A stretch of DNA of 32,000 bases from Gemmata obscuriglobus (GCF_008065095.1 NZ_CP042911.1:4230001-4262000), one strand, 5' to 3'. Shown: positions 1 through 8,060, counted from the first letter of the stretch. Program-made: numbers and translations. The notes: generated by a model not told the origin, from the letters alone.

Positions 1-1047
1 GACGGCTCCCCGCGCGACGGCGTTCACGTGTTCCGCACGGTCGAAGATTGCATAGCGATTCGCGACCGCGCTAAACCCGGGAGCTGCGCGGTTGTGGTCG
101 GGGGCGGGCTGCTGGGACTGGAGGCCGCCAAGGCACTTGGGGACCTCGGTCTGCGCGTCACGGTACTGCACCTCAACGAGGTGCTCATGAGCGCCCAGCT
201 CGACAAGCACGGCGGCGAACTCCTGCGGCTGGCGCTGGAGAAAACCGGTCTGTTCGTTCGCACCGGCACCACCGCGGACGAGGTCATCGGGAACGGTCAC
301 GTCGAGGCCGTGCGGCTGCGCACCGGTGAGGTGGTGCCCGCGGACCTGGTCGTCTTCGCCTGCGGGATTGTGCCCCGGGTGGAGGTCGCGAAGGCGTCCG
401 GGGTTCCCGTCAACCGCGCGGTCCTTGTGAACGACCTGCTCGCGACCCAGGTGCCCGGGGTATACGCGGTCGGCGAGTGCGCCGAGCACAACGGACTGGT
501 GTACGGGCTCGTCCAGCCGATCTGGGAGCAGTGCGCCGTGCTGGCCGATGTCCTCACCGGAACGAACCCGCGCGCCCGCTATCGGGGTTCCAAGATTTAT
601 GCGCGGCTCAAGGTGGCCGGCGTCGAAGTCGCCAGCTTCGGCGTGCCGGACGCGCAGCTCCCCACGGACGAGGTGCTCCAGGTGTTCGAGGAGCGGCGGG
701 GCGTGTACCGCAAGCTCATCGTCCGCGACGGCAAACTCGTCGGGGCGATGCTGGTGGGCTGCGCCGAGGCCGCGCCCGCGCTGGTGCAGATGTTCGATCG
801 CGATGAGCCGCTTCCCCAGAACCGCCTGGACGTTCTCGCGACCGGGAACGCCCCGACCGCCGCGACCGAGCGCGAAATCTGTAACTGCAACCACGTGACC
901 GAGGCGGCGCTCGTCGGAGCGATCCGCGACGGCTGTGACACTCTCCCCGCGCTCTGCGAGGCGACCCGGGCCGGTACCGGCTGCGGGTCGTGTCGCGGGC
1001 AACTTGTGACGCTCCTGGCGACCCACGCCCCCGTGGCCGCCCGCTGA
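1..1047 (+). CDS. FAD/NAD(P)H-dependent oxidoreductase, NirB/NasB N-terminal-like, with C-terminal BFD-like [2Fe-2S] domain (5-prime end outside window)
   Basis: Frame 1 is open from base 1 (DGSPRDGVHVFRTVEDC...), so the ATG at 28 is internal. Rossmann motif AVVVGGGLLGLEAA. Flavin motif GVYAVGECAEH. BFD-type cysteines CNCNHV...GTGCGSCR lie just before the stop at 1045-1047. Directly upstream of a nitrate/nitrite porter gene. Confidence 0.8.
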   Translation, partial: DGSPRDGVHVFRTVEDCIAIRDRAKPGSCAVVVGGGLLGLEAAKALGDLGLRVTVLHLNEVLMSAQLDKHGGELLRLALEKTGLFVRTGTTADEVIGNGHVEAVRLRTGEVVPADLVVFACGIVPRVEVAKASGVPVNRAVLVNDLLATQVPGVYAVGECAEHNGLVYGLVQPIWEQCAVLADVLTGTNPRARYRGSKIYARLKVAGVEVASFGVPDAQLPTDEVLQVFEERRGVYRKLIVRDGKLVGAMLVGCAEAAPALVQMFDRDEPLPQNRLDVLATGNAPTAATEREICNCNHVTEAALVGAIRDGCDTLPALCEATRAGTGCGSCRGQLVTLLATHAPVAAR

Positions 1048-1111
1048 GCGGGCTTACCGTTCCAAAACCTCTCCGCGAGTCCGTAACCCGAACCCCGCGA
1101 GACGTCGTCCA

Positions 1112-2473
1112 ATGACCCCCGACTCACACTCTGCCGCGGCCCCCGCGGCGGGACAACGCGCGCGCGTGCTCACGTTGTCCACGGTCGCTTTCACGCTGCT
1201 GTTTGCGGTCTGGCTCATGCTCGGGATGCTGAGCATCAAGATTAAGCCCGAACTCGGGCTGACCGACGGGCAGCTCTACAACCTCACGATCGCCGCGATC
1301 CTGTCCGGGGCGCTGTTGCGGTTCCACTTCGGCGTCTGGACCGACCGCTACGGCGGGCGCCGGGTGATGACCGCGCTGATCCTCTTCGCCGTGGTCCCGA
1401 CGTTTCTGGTCAGCCGTGTGACGAGTTACACGGAACTGCTCATTTGCGCGGTTTTGTACGGCGTGGCCGGTAACTCGTTCTCGGTCGGCATCGCGTGGTG
1501 CGCGGCGTGGTTCCCGAAGGAGCGCCAGGGGCTGGCGCTGGGCGTGTTCGGGGCCGGCAACGTGGGCGCGTCGGTGACCAAGCTCGTCGGGCCGATTCTG
1601 ATCGCCGCGGTGCCGGCGGCGGGGTTCTTTGGCGGTGTGGTGCCGGGCGGGTGGCGGTTCATTCCGGTTGCCTATGCGGGTCTCTTGGTGCTGTTGGCGC
1701 TGGCGGTCTGGTTCCTGTCGCCGCGCGAGGACCGGCGCCCGGCGCGGGGGCGGCCCCTCTCCGAACTGATGGCACCGATGAAACACGCCCGCGTGTGGGA
1801 GTACAGCCTCCAGTACACCGTTGTGTTCGGCGCGTACGTCGCGCTCTCCGGCGTGCTGCCGCAGTTCTACTACGCGACCTACGGCAAACAACTGGCCGTG
1901 AGCTTCCACCTGAACGAACAGCTCGTGAGCGAGTTCGACACCATCAAGGGGCTCAAGGGCGACGCCTACACCGCGCACCTGAACGCGCACCCGGTTGTGA
2001 AGGACGACCTGAACACCCTGTCGAAGTGGATCGGGCTCCTGGCGGCGGTGTGCTTCGTGTTCCCCGCGAGCCTGTTGCGGCCGGTGGGCGGGTGGCTGTC
2101 CGACAAGTACGGTGCCGCGCGGGTCATGGCGGCGGTGTTCGTCGCCATGCTGGTGGCCGGGCTGGCGCTGGTCCTGCCGTTGGGGCTCGGCGTGTGGGGC
2201 TTCACGGGCGCGCTGTTCATGTTGGGGGCGGGGATGGGCGTGGGCAAAGCGAGCGTGTACAAGATGATCCCCGACCACTTCCCGCGCGAAGTCGGCGCGG
2301 TGGGCGGGCTCGTGGGGCTGCTCGGGGCGCTGGGCGGGGTGCTGCTGCCGCTGGCCTGGGCGGCAGTGCCGGGCAGCACGTTCGCCGCGTTGCTAACACT
2401 GACGATCATTAGCGCGATGTGGTTCGCGGCCGGGCTAGTGCTCGAACGTAAGCCCGCGGCAGTTCCTGCGTAG
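1112..2473 (+). CDS. narK: MFS transporter, nitrate/nitrite porter (NNP, NarK/NasA-like)
   Basis: 453-aa ORF with ATG start and many hydrophobic helices. MFS motif A (WTDRYGGRRV). NNP-type glycine/asparagine signature (FGAGNVGAS). Adjacent to the NirB-like gene. Confidence 0.8.
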   Translation: MTPDSHSAAAPAAGQRARVLTLSTVAFTLLFAVWLMLGMLSIKIKPELGLTDGQLYNLTIAAILSGALLRFHFGVWTDRYGGRRVMTALILFAVVPTFLVSRVTSYTELLICAVLYGVAGNSFSVGIAWCAAWFPKERQGLALGVFGAGNVGASVTKLVGPILIAAVPAAGFFGGVVPGGWRFIPVAYAGLLVLLALAVWFLSPREDRRPARGRPLSELMAPMKHARVWEYSLQYTVVFGAYVALSGVLPQFYYATYGKQLAVSFHLNEQLVSEFDTIKGLKGDAYTAHLNAHPVVKDDLNTLSKWIGLLAAVCFVFPASLLRPVGGWLSDKYGAARVMAAVFVAMLVAGLALVLPLGLGVWGFTGALFMLGAGMGVGKASVYKMIPDHFPREVGAVGGLVGLLGALGGVLLPLAWAAVPGSTFAALLTLTIISAMWFAAGLVLERKPAAVPA

Positions 2474-2527
2474 TTCGGCAAGAGTTTTTGACAGGATTTT
2501 AAAGACAGTAAGCGGTTCGGTGGTGTC

Positions 2528-3438
2528 CTACTTTTGTTGCACGGCGGGATGGGCCAACCATTCAGCGAGTGACCACACGTGATCGGTGAGCCCGGCGGCC
2601 ATCGCCGGGGTTCGTGCCCGACACCGGCCGCCCTCGCCTTTCACGCGCAGGGTGCGGACGGGCCAGCAGAAGTTGTCGCTGAAGTAACTGAACGCGGTGG
2701 CGGCCCGGTGCGTGCCCCGGTCCTTCGAGAACCCGTAGCTGTTCCGCACCTTGCGGCGGCACCGGTTCCGATCGGTCCCGTTGTGCCGCTCCACGAAGCA
2801 CGTATTCACAACCGTGCTCACCGCCGAATCCAGCCGCGCGGCGGCCACTGCGGCCGCGGTCCCGAGCACCACCCGGGTGCTCACCGACACCACCCGGTTG
2901 TTCTCACGCGCCTTGTGCACGGTCGCATACGCGACCGCCGCCGGGAGCACCACCCGAGCCTTCCGCGGGCGCCCCGGTCGCCCGGTCCGTGGTGGGGTCA
3001 CTAACTGCCCGTATGCCGCGCGGATGGCCGATTCGTACACCGGGTACTCGCCCGTGGTGATGAGCCGCAGGAGCCGGTCCGCCGATGCGCCGATGCGCCG
3101 ATGCGCCGATGCGCGTCCCGCACCAGCGCGTGTGTCGCCTCCTCGGTTCGCTGGCCCACCACCAGGCTCACCACCAGTCGGTGCTCCGGATCCAGGGCCA
3201 CGTGGTCCCAGCAGTCCCCACGGCGCCGCTCCTCCGGGGCACCGTTCTTCTCCTCGCGGGCCACGAAGCTCCACTCCTCATCCAGTTGGAGCTCGTTGGT
3301 CCGGGGGGGAAAGGGCCACCAACTCGTCGTGGAGTTGCTGGGCCTGCTCGCCGGCCTGACGGATGTACCGGGTGACCGTGTCCCGATGTACCCCGACCAA
3401 TCGGGCCGTCTTGCGGGTGCCGGATCCCTCCGCCACAT
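2528..3438 (-). pseudogene. IS1-family transposase orfB, disrupted by an 8-bp repeat expansion
   Basis: The reading frame is split between track ORFs 3001..3438 and 2528..3274. The break coincides with four tandem GCCGATGC units at 3081-3112. The intact copy B is 8 nt shorter at this point. Confidence 0.8.
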
Positions 3439-3652
3439 GGGCCAGCACCGCGGTCACCGTCTGGGCCGACAACCGGGTGCCGTACAAGGGCGTGCCCTTG
3501 CGCTCCGAGAACCGGGCCTTGCAGGTGGAGCACCTCAGCACCCGGGTGTTGCTCGGGCCGTATCGGGCCGGCACCGTTAGGTTCCCGTGCCCCCGCTTCC
3601 CGTGGTCCGGACAATCCGCATTCCGGCAACAGAACCGACTCAGATCGTCCAT
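3278..3652 (-). CDS. IS1-family transposase orfA (InsA-like, zinc finger plus HTH)
   Basis: MDDLSRFCCRNADCPDHG...RCSTCKARF gives a C-x4-C...C-x2-C zinc finger. TRKTARLVGVHRDTVTRYIRQ is an HTH. ATG at 3652, with an alternative GTG at 3667. Ends inside the overlap with the orfB frame. Confidence 0.75.
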   Translation of the reverse strand: MDDLSRFCCRNADCPDHGKRGHGNLTVPARYGPSNTRVLRCSTCKARFSERKGTPLYGTRLSAQTVTAVLAHVAEGSGTRKTARLVGVHRDTVTRYIRQAGEQAQQLHDELVALSPPDQRAPTG

Positions 3653-4265
3653 GACCGATCCCAACACGCGCGAGGGAAAAGCACGACCGAACAGTGTAAC
3701 TACTTACCACGCATCAGTAGCCGCATACAAGACGAACAGGACACCACCGGCTATCTTATGTAAGGCGTTATCGGTAATCACTTTGCACCTCTTTCCTGGG
3801 ATCATGTTGGGTTTCGATCGAGCCCGCTCGGGTCGCATGCGGGCGCGTAACGGGCGATTTTCGGGGTAGCAGTGAGCCAGCGAAACGCCAGTCCGTCGGT
3901 AGCGAATGTCTAGTCAGTGCCCCATCGGTGGGGCCAGCGCGGTACGGACCCATCGTTCACATTGCCTCACTGCCGTTGCCCATCACACGGGCGCACGCGG
4001 CCGGTTCGGCGCCGGCGGCACCCGAACGCAGTATCGGCTTGCCGACACCGAGACCCGCTATCCGGCTGATGTCAACGGAAGGTTGGGCGCAACGCCCGGA
4101 TCACAACAACGCCCGCCGAACGGGCGCGGTTCTCTGAATGGTGGGAATGTGACGGTCGGTGTGCTTGTCTGGATTTGCGGTTGTGGCTTGCCACGTGTGA
4201 TCGCTGTCTGCTGAACGGGTGGGCCGTTGCGGATCGGTTTGCACCCGTCGCGGCCGGGGGGCGCG

Positions 4266-4694
4266 TCAGGCGGCCTCGTCGGCCGCAAGTGTTGTGCGGA
4301 CGCGCTCGATCAATTGGACCAACGAGAACGGCTTTTCGAGCAACACGGTCCCGGGGGGAAGGGGGCACGGGGCCAGGCCGGGGCTGCCCGGGAACGCGGA
4401 CATGAACAGTACCGGCAACTCGGGCCGGGCGGCGCGCACCCGGGCGGCCAGCTCGACGCCGGTCGCCAGCGGCATGACCACGTCCGTCAGCAGCATGTCG
4501 AACGCCAGCGGGTCGGCTTCGAACAGGTCGCCGGCGGCGCGGCCGTTCGGGGCCGTGCTGACCCGGAAGTTGGCCTGCTCCAGCACAATACGGACGAACT
4601 CGCGGACTGCGTCGTCGTCCTCGGCAACGAGGATCGCGCGCCGGTCTGGTGGGTGAGGTTGGGCGATACGCTGGGAGGTGTCGTGCGACATCAT
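4266..4694 (-). CDS. Stand-alone response-regulator receiver domain protein (CheY-like)
   Basis: Acidic pocket ILVAEDDD. Phospho-acceptor context MLLTDVVMP. Conserved FMSAF and EKPF blocks. The track start at 4727 is TTG; the ATG pair at 4694/4691 is a more likely start. Confidence 0.85.
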   Translation of the reverse strand: MMSHDTSQRIAQPHPPDRRAILVAEDDDAVREFVRIVLEQANFRVSTAPNGRAAGDLFEADPLAFDMLLTDVVMPLATGVELAARVRAARPELPVLFMSAFPGSPGLAPCPLPPGTVLLEKPFSLVQLIERVRTTLAADEAA

Positions 4695-4851
4695 GCACCC
4701 GAACCGTGTTGCGCTGGGGGCGCCCAAGGGTTACGAGTCGAGACGTCCGGCTCGATGAACATCGTATGAGAGAAGAGCATCATTCAGCAACACACATTTT
4801 GCACGACCGGCCCGCGCCCGCGCCGTGCGGGCTGGAATAATCGGAACGACG

Positions 4852-6822
4852 TTAGCAATACTCCCCGAGTATCGCGGCCACGCTCGCGGCGTCCGGGTAC
4901 CGGGCGGCCGGGTCCTTCCGCAACAGCCTCAGGATCACCTCCTCGAACCAGTCCGGCACGGCGGCCCGCACCAGGCTGGGCCGCAGCGGCTCGCTGCCGC
5001 ACACGGCGTTGAACACCGCCGCCACCGTCTGCCCGGGGAAGGGCACCTTGCCGGTTACCATGTGATACATGACCCCGCCCAGCCCGAACAGGTCGGAGCG
5101 GGAGTCCGCCTCCTCCCCCTGGACCGTTTCGGGGGCCATGAAGAACGGGGTGCCGATCAGCGCGCCGTCGGCGGTCATTTTGGCGTCGTCGGCGATCCGG
5201 GCGAGGCCGAAGTCGGTGATCTTGGCGCGCCCGGTGTCGTCCTCCAGCAGGATGTTGGCGGGCTTGATGTCGCGGTGGATGACCCCCTTGGCGTGGGCGG
5301 CCGCCAGCCCCGACGCGATCTGCCGGGCCACGTTCACCGCCAGCAGGACGGGCAGCGGCCCGTGCTGCTCGACCCGCGCCTCCAGGCAGCTGCCCCGGAC
5401 GTACTCCATGGCGAGGTAGGTGACCCCGGCCGCCTCGCGCACCGCGTAGATGCCGACCGCGTTCTCGTGCTGGATCGAGGCCGCGACCCGGGCCTCGCGG
5501 GCGAACCGGGCGCGTGCGCTCGCGCTGGCGGTCAGCTCCGGGGCCAGCACCTTGATCGCCACGAACCGGTGCAGGCTCGGCTCGAACGCCTTGAACACCA
5601 CCCCCATCGCCCCGCGCCCGAGCAGGCTGCGCAGCTCGTACCCGCCGAGCCGGCACCCGCACTCGGGCAACTTCTTGGCGAACTCGGGCCGGAAATCGGG
5701 GAGCCCCTTCACGTCGCAGTGGGTGGGCGGGGGCGTCGAGTCGTCCGGGAGGGCCTGGGTCCGGGCCGTGGACCGGCTCGGCGGGGGCGCCGGCGTGCGG
5801 TGGGACGCGGACGGGCCGCTCATCCGGGTGCGGCTGGTCTCGACCGTCAGGTTCACCAGCTCCTGCGCGCCGGCCGCGAGCACGGTCGCGTAGTCCGGGC
5901 ACTGGCCGATGTCCTGGTTCAGCACCGAGGCGAACGCCTCGATCTTGGGGGCCACGCTCTGGAGGAACGCGACCAGGGCGGTGCGGGGCAGGTGGAACCG
6001 CTCCTTGGCGGTCATCATCACCCGCGCCAGCAGGTCCGGGTTCTGGGCCACCCGGTCGAGGTGGACCATGTAGTTGGAGAACTGGAGCAGCTCGGCCCGG
6101 TTCTGCTGCACCTTCGACGCGGCGGTCGCCAGCTCGGGCTGGTGGTGGTAGCGGATCGGCTCGACGATGTCGGCCGGGAGCTTCCACTGCTGGAGGATCT
6201 CGGCGGTCACGTCGGCGTGGTCGATGCCGAACGAGGCGACCTCGGCCCCGCACGGGTCCTCGACCAGCCCCTCCCCGTAGTACGCGACGTGCCGCAGCCA
6301 CGCGTCCGGGAACATCTGCCGCAGGAGCAGCTCGCCGAGGTCGCGGAGCAGGCCCGCGACCAGGTCGTCGTCGGGGCTCGACCGGCGGGTGAGGACGGCC
6401 AGCTCGCGGGCGATGATGGCCCCGCCGACCGACGACATCCAGTAGTCGCGGGTCATCTGGTCGGCACCGCGGCCCACCTTCACGGCGGGCAGCGACAGCC
6501 CGAGGGCGAGCGAGCGCACGGTGTTGAGGCCGAGCACGTGGACCGCGCGGGCGACCGACGCGATCGGCTGCTTGAGCCCGTAGATGCACGAGTTCACGGC
6601 CCGCAGGAGCTTGCCGCACAGGGCCGAATCGAGGGCCAGGAGGGCGACGATCTCGGACGGCTCGCAGTCCGATTTGGAGGCCGCGTTCACCACCTGGAGC
6701 GCGACCGCCGGCGCGGTGGGCAGCCGGGTCGGGTCGAGGACCGCGGCCAGTACCTCGTTCCGGCCGGCGCGGTGGCGCGGCGGTAGCGGGTTGAGTGGGG
6801 GCGTGGAAATAGATGCCGACAC
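4852..6822 (-). CDS. HDOD domain / Ser-Thr protein kinase fusion protein
   Basis: The N-terminal half matches the HDOD pattern (LDSALCGKLLRAVNS..YGLKQPIASVARAVHVLGLNTVRSLAL, later IDHADV). The C-terminal half is a canonical Hanks kinase: GRGAMGVVFKA, VAIKVL, HRDIKPANILL, DFG, APE. GTG start with AAGGA about 9 nt upstream. Confidence 0.9.
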   Translation of the reverse strand: MSASISTPPLNPLPPRHRAGRNEVLAAVLDPTRLPTAPAVALQVVNAASKSDCEPSEIVALLALDSALCGKLLRAVNSCIYGLKQPIASVARAVHVLGLNTVRSLALGLSLPAVKVGRGADQMTRDYWMSSVGGAIIARELAVLTRRSSPDDDLVAGLLRDLGELLLRQMFPDAWLRHVAYYGEGLVEDPCGAEVASFGIDHADVTAEILQQWKLPADIVEPIRYHHQPELATAASKVQQNRAELLQFSNYMVHLDRVAQNPDLLARVMMTAKERFHLPRTALVAFLQSVAPKIEAFASVLNQDIGQCPDYATVLAAGAQELVNLTVETSRTRMSGPSASHRTPAPPPSRSTARTQALPDDSTPPPTHCDVKGLPDFRPEFAKKLPECGCRLGGYELRSLLGRGAMGVVFKAFEPSLHRFVAIKVLAPELTASASARARFAREARVAASIQHENAVGIYAVREAAGVTYLAMEYVRGSCLEARVEQHGPLPVLLAVNVARQIASGLAAAHAKGVIHRDIKPANILLEDDTGRAKITDFGLARIADDAKMTADGALIGTPFFMAPETVQGEEADSRSDLFGLGGVMYHMVTGKVPFPGQTVAAVFNAVCGSEPLRPSLVRAAVPDWFEEVILRLLRKDPAARYPDAASVAAILGEYC

Positions 6823-7193
6823 CGGACCATCCTTGTGAATTTGCGCCCGTGACTACGCTGCGGAAGGAAGGATAGCACCGAAGCGTGCGTCACGAATGCG
6901 CCCCCGTCAAGCGTGCGACGGGCCTCGACGGCCCCGGGCCCGTCGCGCCGGCCGTGAGTTCGCGGGCCACCGAACGGATTCGCGCGGGCCAAGAACGGCT
7001 CACCAGGCGCTGGCGCGGCGCGGGCCTTGTTGAGCCGTGGCGGGCGCGACGGCATAATATCCCCGGCGCCGTGCGTGGTGGGGCGAGTGTGTTGCGCGAG
7101 TGCGGCGGGTTGCCATCGAGCCCGCTCCCAACGCCGCGGGCCGTGTTCGGAGCCGCGGTACACCGGCTGATCGCCACCGCAGCTAGTAAGCGA

Positions 7194-7226
7194 TTCGTGG
7201 AGCGGCACAACGGGACCGATCGGAAC
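7194..7226 (+). mobile_element. Relic of an IS1-family transposase gene, opposite orientation to the two full copies
   Basis: 33-nt exact match (ttcgtggagcggcacaacgggaccgatcggaac) to the reverse complement of 12625-12657 and 2765-2797, encoding FVERHNGTDRN. Only weak similarity upstream to about 7140, and none downstream. Confidence 0.55.
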
Positions 7227-7229
7227 GAA

Positions 7230-7778
7230 ATGCCCTCTAACTCCCTGTTGCGCTGGCAGACGGACCGCGTTCCGCGGTTGAACGCGCTCGACGCGCAGGT
7301 GGCGTCCGGCCCGCCGTCCGCTCTCGCGGACGAAAACCTGCGCGCCCTCGTGGCGATGCTGTGCGCGCACTTTCAGGGATTTTGTCGAGACTTGTATAGC
7401 GAGTCCGTCGAGTCCGTCGTGCGCACCTTTCCGCCCGGCATGGGGTTAGTGGCGCGAACGCAGTTCATGGCACAAATCGGCCTCGGCACGGGCAACCCGA
7501 CGCTCCAGACGCTCGTCCGCGACTTCGACCGTTTTGGCGTGGGCGTGCGGGCCGCGCTGGACGCCGACCCTGCGAACGCGGTGCGCCTGAATCACCTCGC
7601 GCTGCTGAACCAGTGGCGCAACTTCGTGGTGCATCACGGGGTCACGGCGCCTCCCGGCCCGGCGCTTGCGCCGGCACTCCCTCAAGTGTGGCAGGTCTCG
7701 TGCGGCGGACTGGCGGCGGAACTGGACCGCATCATGTATGATTACCTCCAGGCACTGCTCGGCACCCCGCCCTGGTGA
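7230..7778 (+). CDS. Putative HEPN-superfamily protein (R-x4-H motif; MAE_28990/RiboL-PSP-like by motif recollection)
   Basis: 182 aa counted from the ATG at 7230. The longer track ORF from 6885 runs through the IS relic and is probably an artefact. Motif LNQW-R-NFVV-H-HG fits R-N-x3-H. The helix LCAHFQGFCRDLY and the block GTGNPTLQTLVRDFDRFGV resemble conserved blocks of Abi-type HEPN families. Codon usage is coding-like, with somewhat more A/T-ending codons than neighbouring genes. Confidence 0.6.
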   Translation: MPSNSLLRWQTDRVPRLNALDAQVASGPPSALADENLRALVAMLCAHFQGFCRDLYSESVESVVRTFPPGMGLVARTQFMAQIGLGTGNPTLQTLVRDFDRFGVGVRAALDADPANAVRLNHLALLNQWRNFVVHHGVTAPPGPALAPALPQVWQVSCGGLAAELDRIMYDYLQALLGTPPW

Positions 7779-7795
7779 CCGCCGGAGGGTGAGCC

Positions 7796-8053
7796 ATGTC
7801 GGCTGAAACCATCGACCAGACGCGCCCGCCCCGGCTCGGGGATCGTGTCCAGTTACGTACATTCACCGGCCTGCGGGGCCGGATCATCGAGTTCCGCGGC
7901 CCGATCGGTCACAAAGGCCGCGAACTGTTCGGCATCGAACTGATCTACCCCGACCACACGGAGTACACCGAGGCGGCGCGAGACGATCTCGTGTACCTCG
8001 ACGACGGGAACGACCCCGAGCACCCGAACCCGCCCGCCCCCGCCACGGAATGA
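7796..8053 (+). CDS. Hypothetical small protein (85 aa), no recognisable family
   Basis: ATG preceded by GGAGGG 7 nt upstream. Strong G/C third-position bias. Lies 17 nt after the HEPN-like stop and 7 nt before the ABC ATPase start. Beta-rich-looking N-terminal part (GDRVQLRTFTGLRGRIIEFRG) and an acidic, proline-rich tail. Confidence 0.6.
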   Translation: MSAETIDQTRPPRLGDRVQLRTFTGLRGRIIEFRGPIGHKGRELFGIELIYPDHTEYTEAARDDLVYLDDGNDPEHPNPPAPATE

Positions 8054-8060
8054 CCACACG

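Larger units (their letters stand above)
2519..3748 (-). mobile_element. IS1-family insertion sequence, copy A (orfA intact, orfB frameshifted)
   Basis: Terminal inverted repeats GGTGGTGTCCT (2519-2529) and AGGACACCACC (3738-3748). Near-identical second copy at 12379-13602. Encodes a zinc-finger/HTH orfA and a DDE orfB with the IS1 InsB-like block FVERHNGTDRNRCRRKVRNSYGFSKD (compare E. coli IS1 [25 protein letters not shown]). Confidence 0.85.

Noticed and set aside
3081-3112. Possible CRISPR-like or other array, from the short tandem repeats here and at 12331-12357
   Set aside because: The units are 8-9 bp with no spacers. One tract lies inside a transposase coding frame and the other in a terminator-proximal intergenic repeat. 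No cas genes are present.
2510-3757. Target-site duplications that would prove simple or composite IS1 transposition
   Set aside because: The 8-9 nt flanks do not match for copy A, for copy B, or for the outer pair. Composite-transposon status therefore remains a hypothesis, reported as a finding and not called as a feature.
3808-3826. tRNA-like T-arm (gggtttcgatcgagccc)
   Set aside because: I could not build an acceptor stem, anticodon arm or D-arm around it, and the loop does not match the GTTCRANYC consensus.
4784-6786. Long ORFs overlapping the HDOD-kinase gene on both strands (4784..6619 minus, 4825..6786 plus)
   Set aside because: The translations are Arg/Pro/Gly/Ala-rich low-complexity strings typical of wrong frames in GC-rich DNA. 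The 4852..6822 frame has clear HDOD and kinase motifs. The same reasoning rejects 1124..2278, 1495..2412, 8064..9434, 13839..15446, 17408..18490, 24342..25859, 26213..27919, 27867..29132, 29105..30484, 29142..30260 and 30133..31458.
6885-7229. N-terminal 115 codons of the 297-aa track ORF 6885..7778
   Set aside because: This part runs through the IS1 transposase relic (FVERHNGTDRN) and Arg-rich low-complexity sequence. Stop codons are rare at this GC content, so open frames extend by chance. The HEPN-like similarity begins only after the ATG at 7230.
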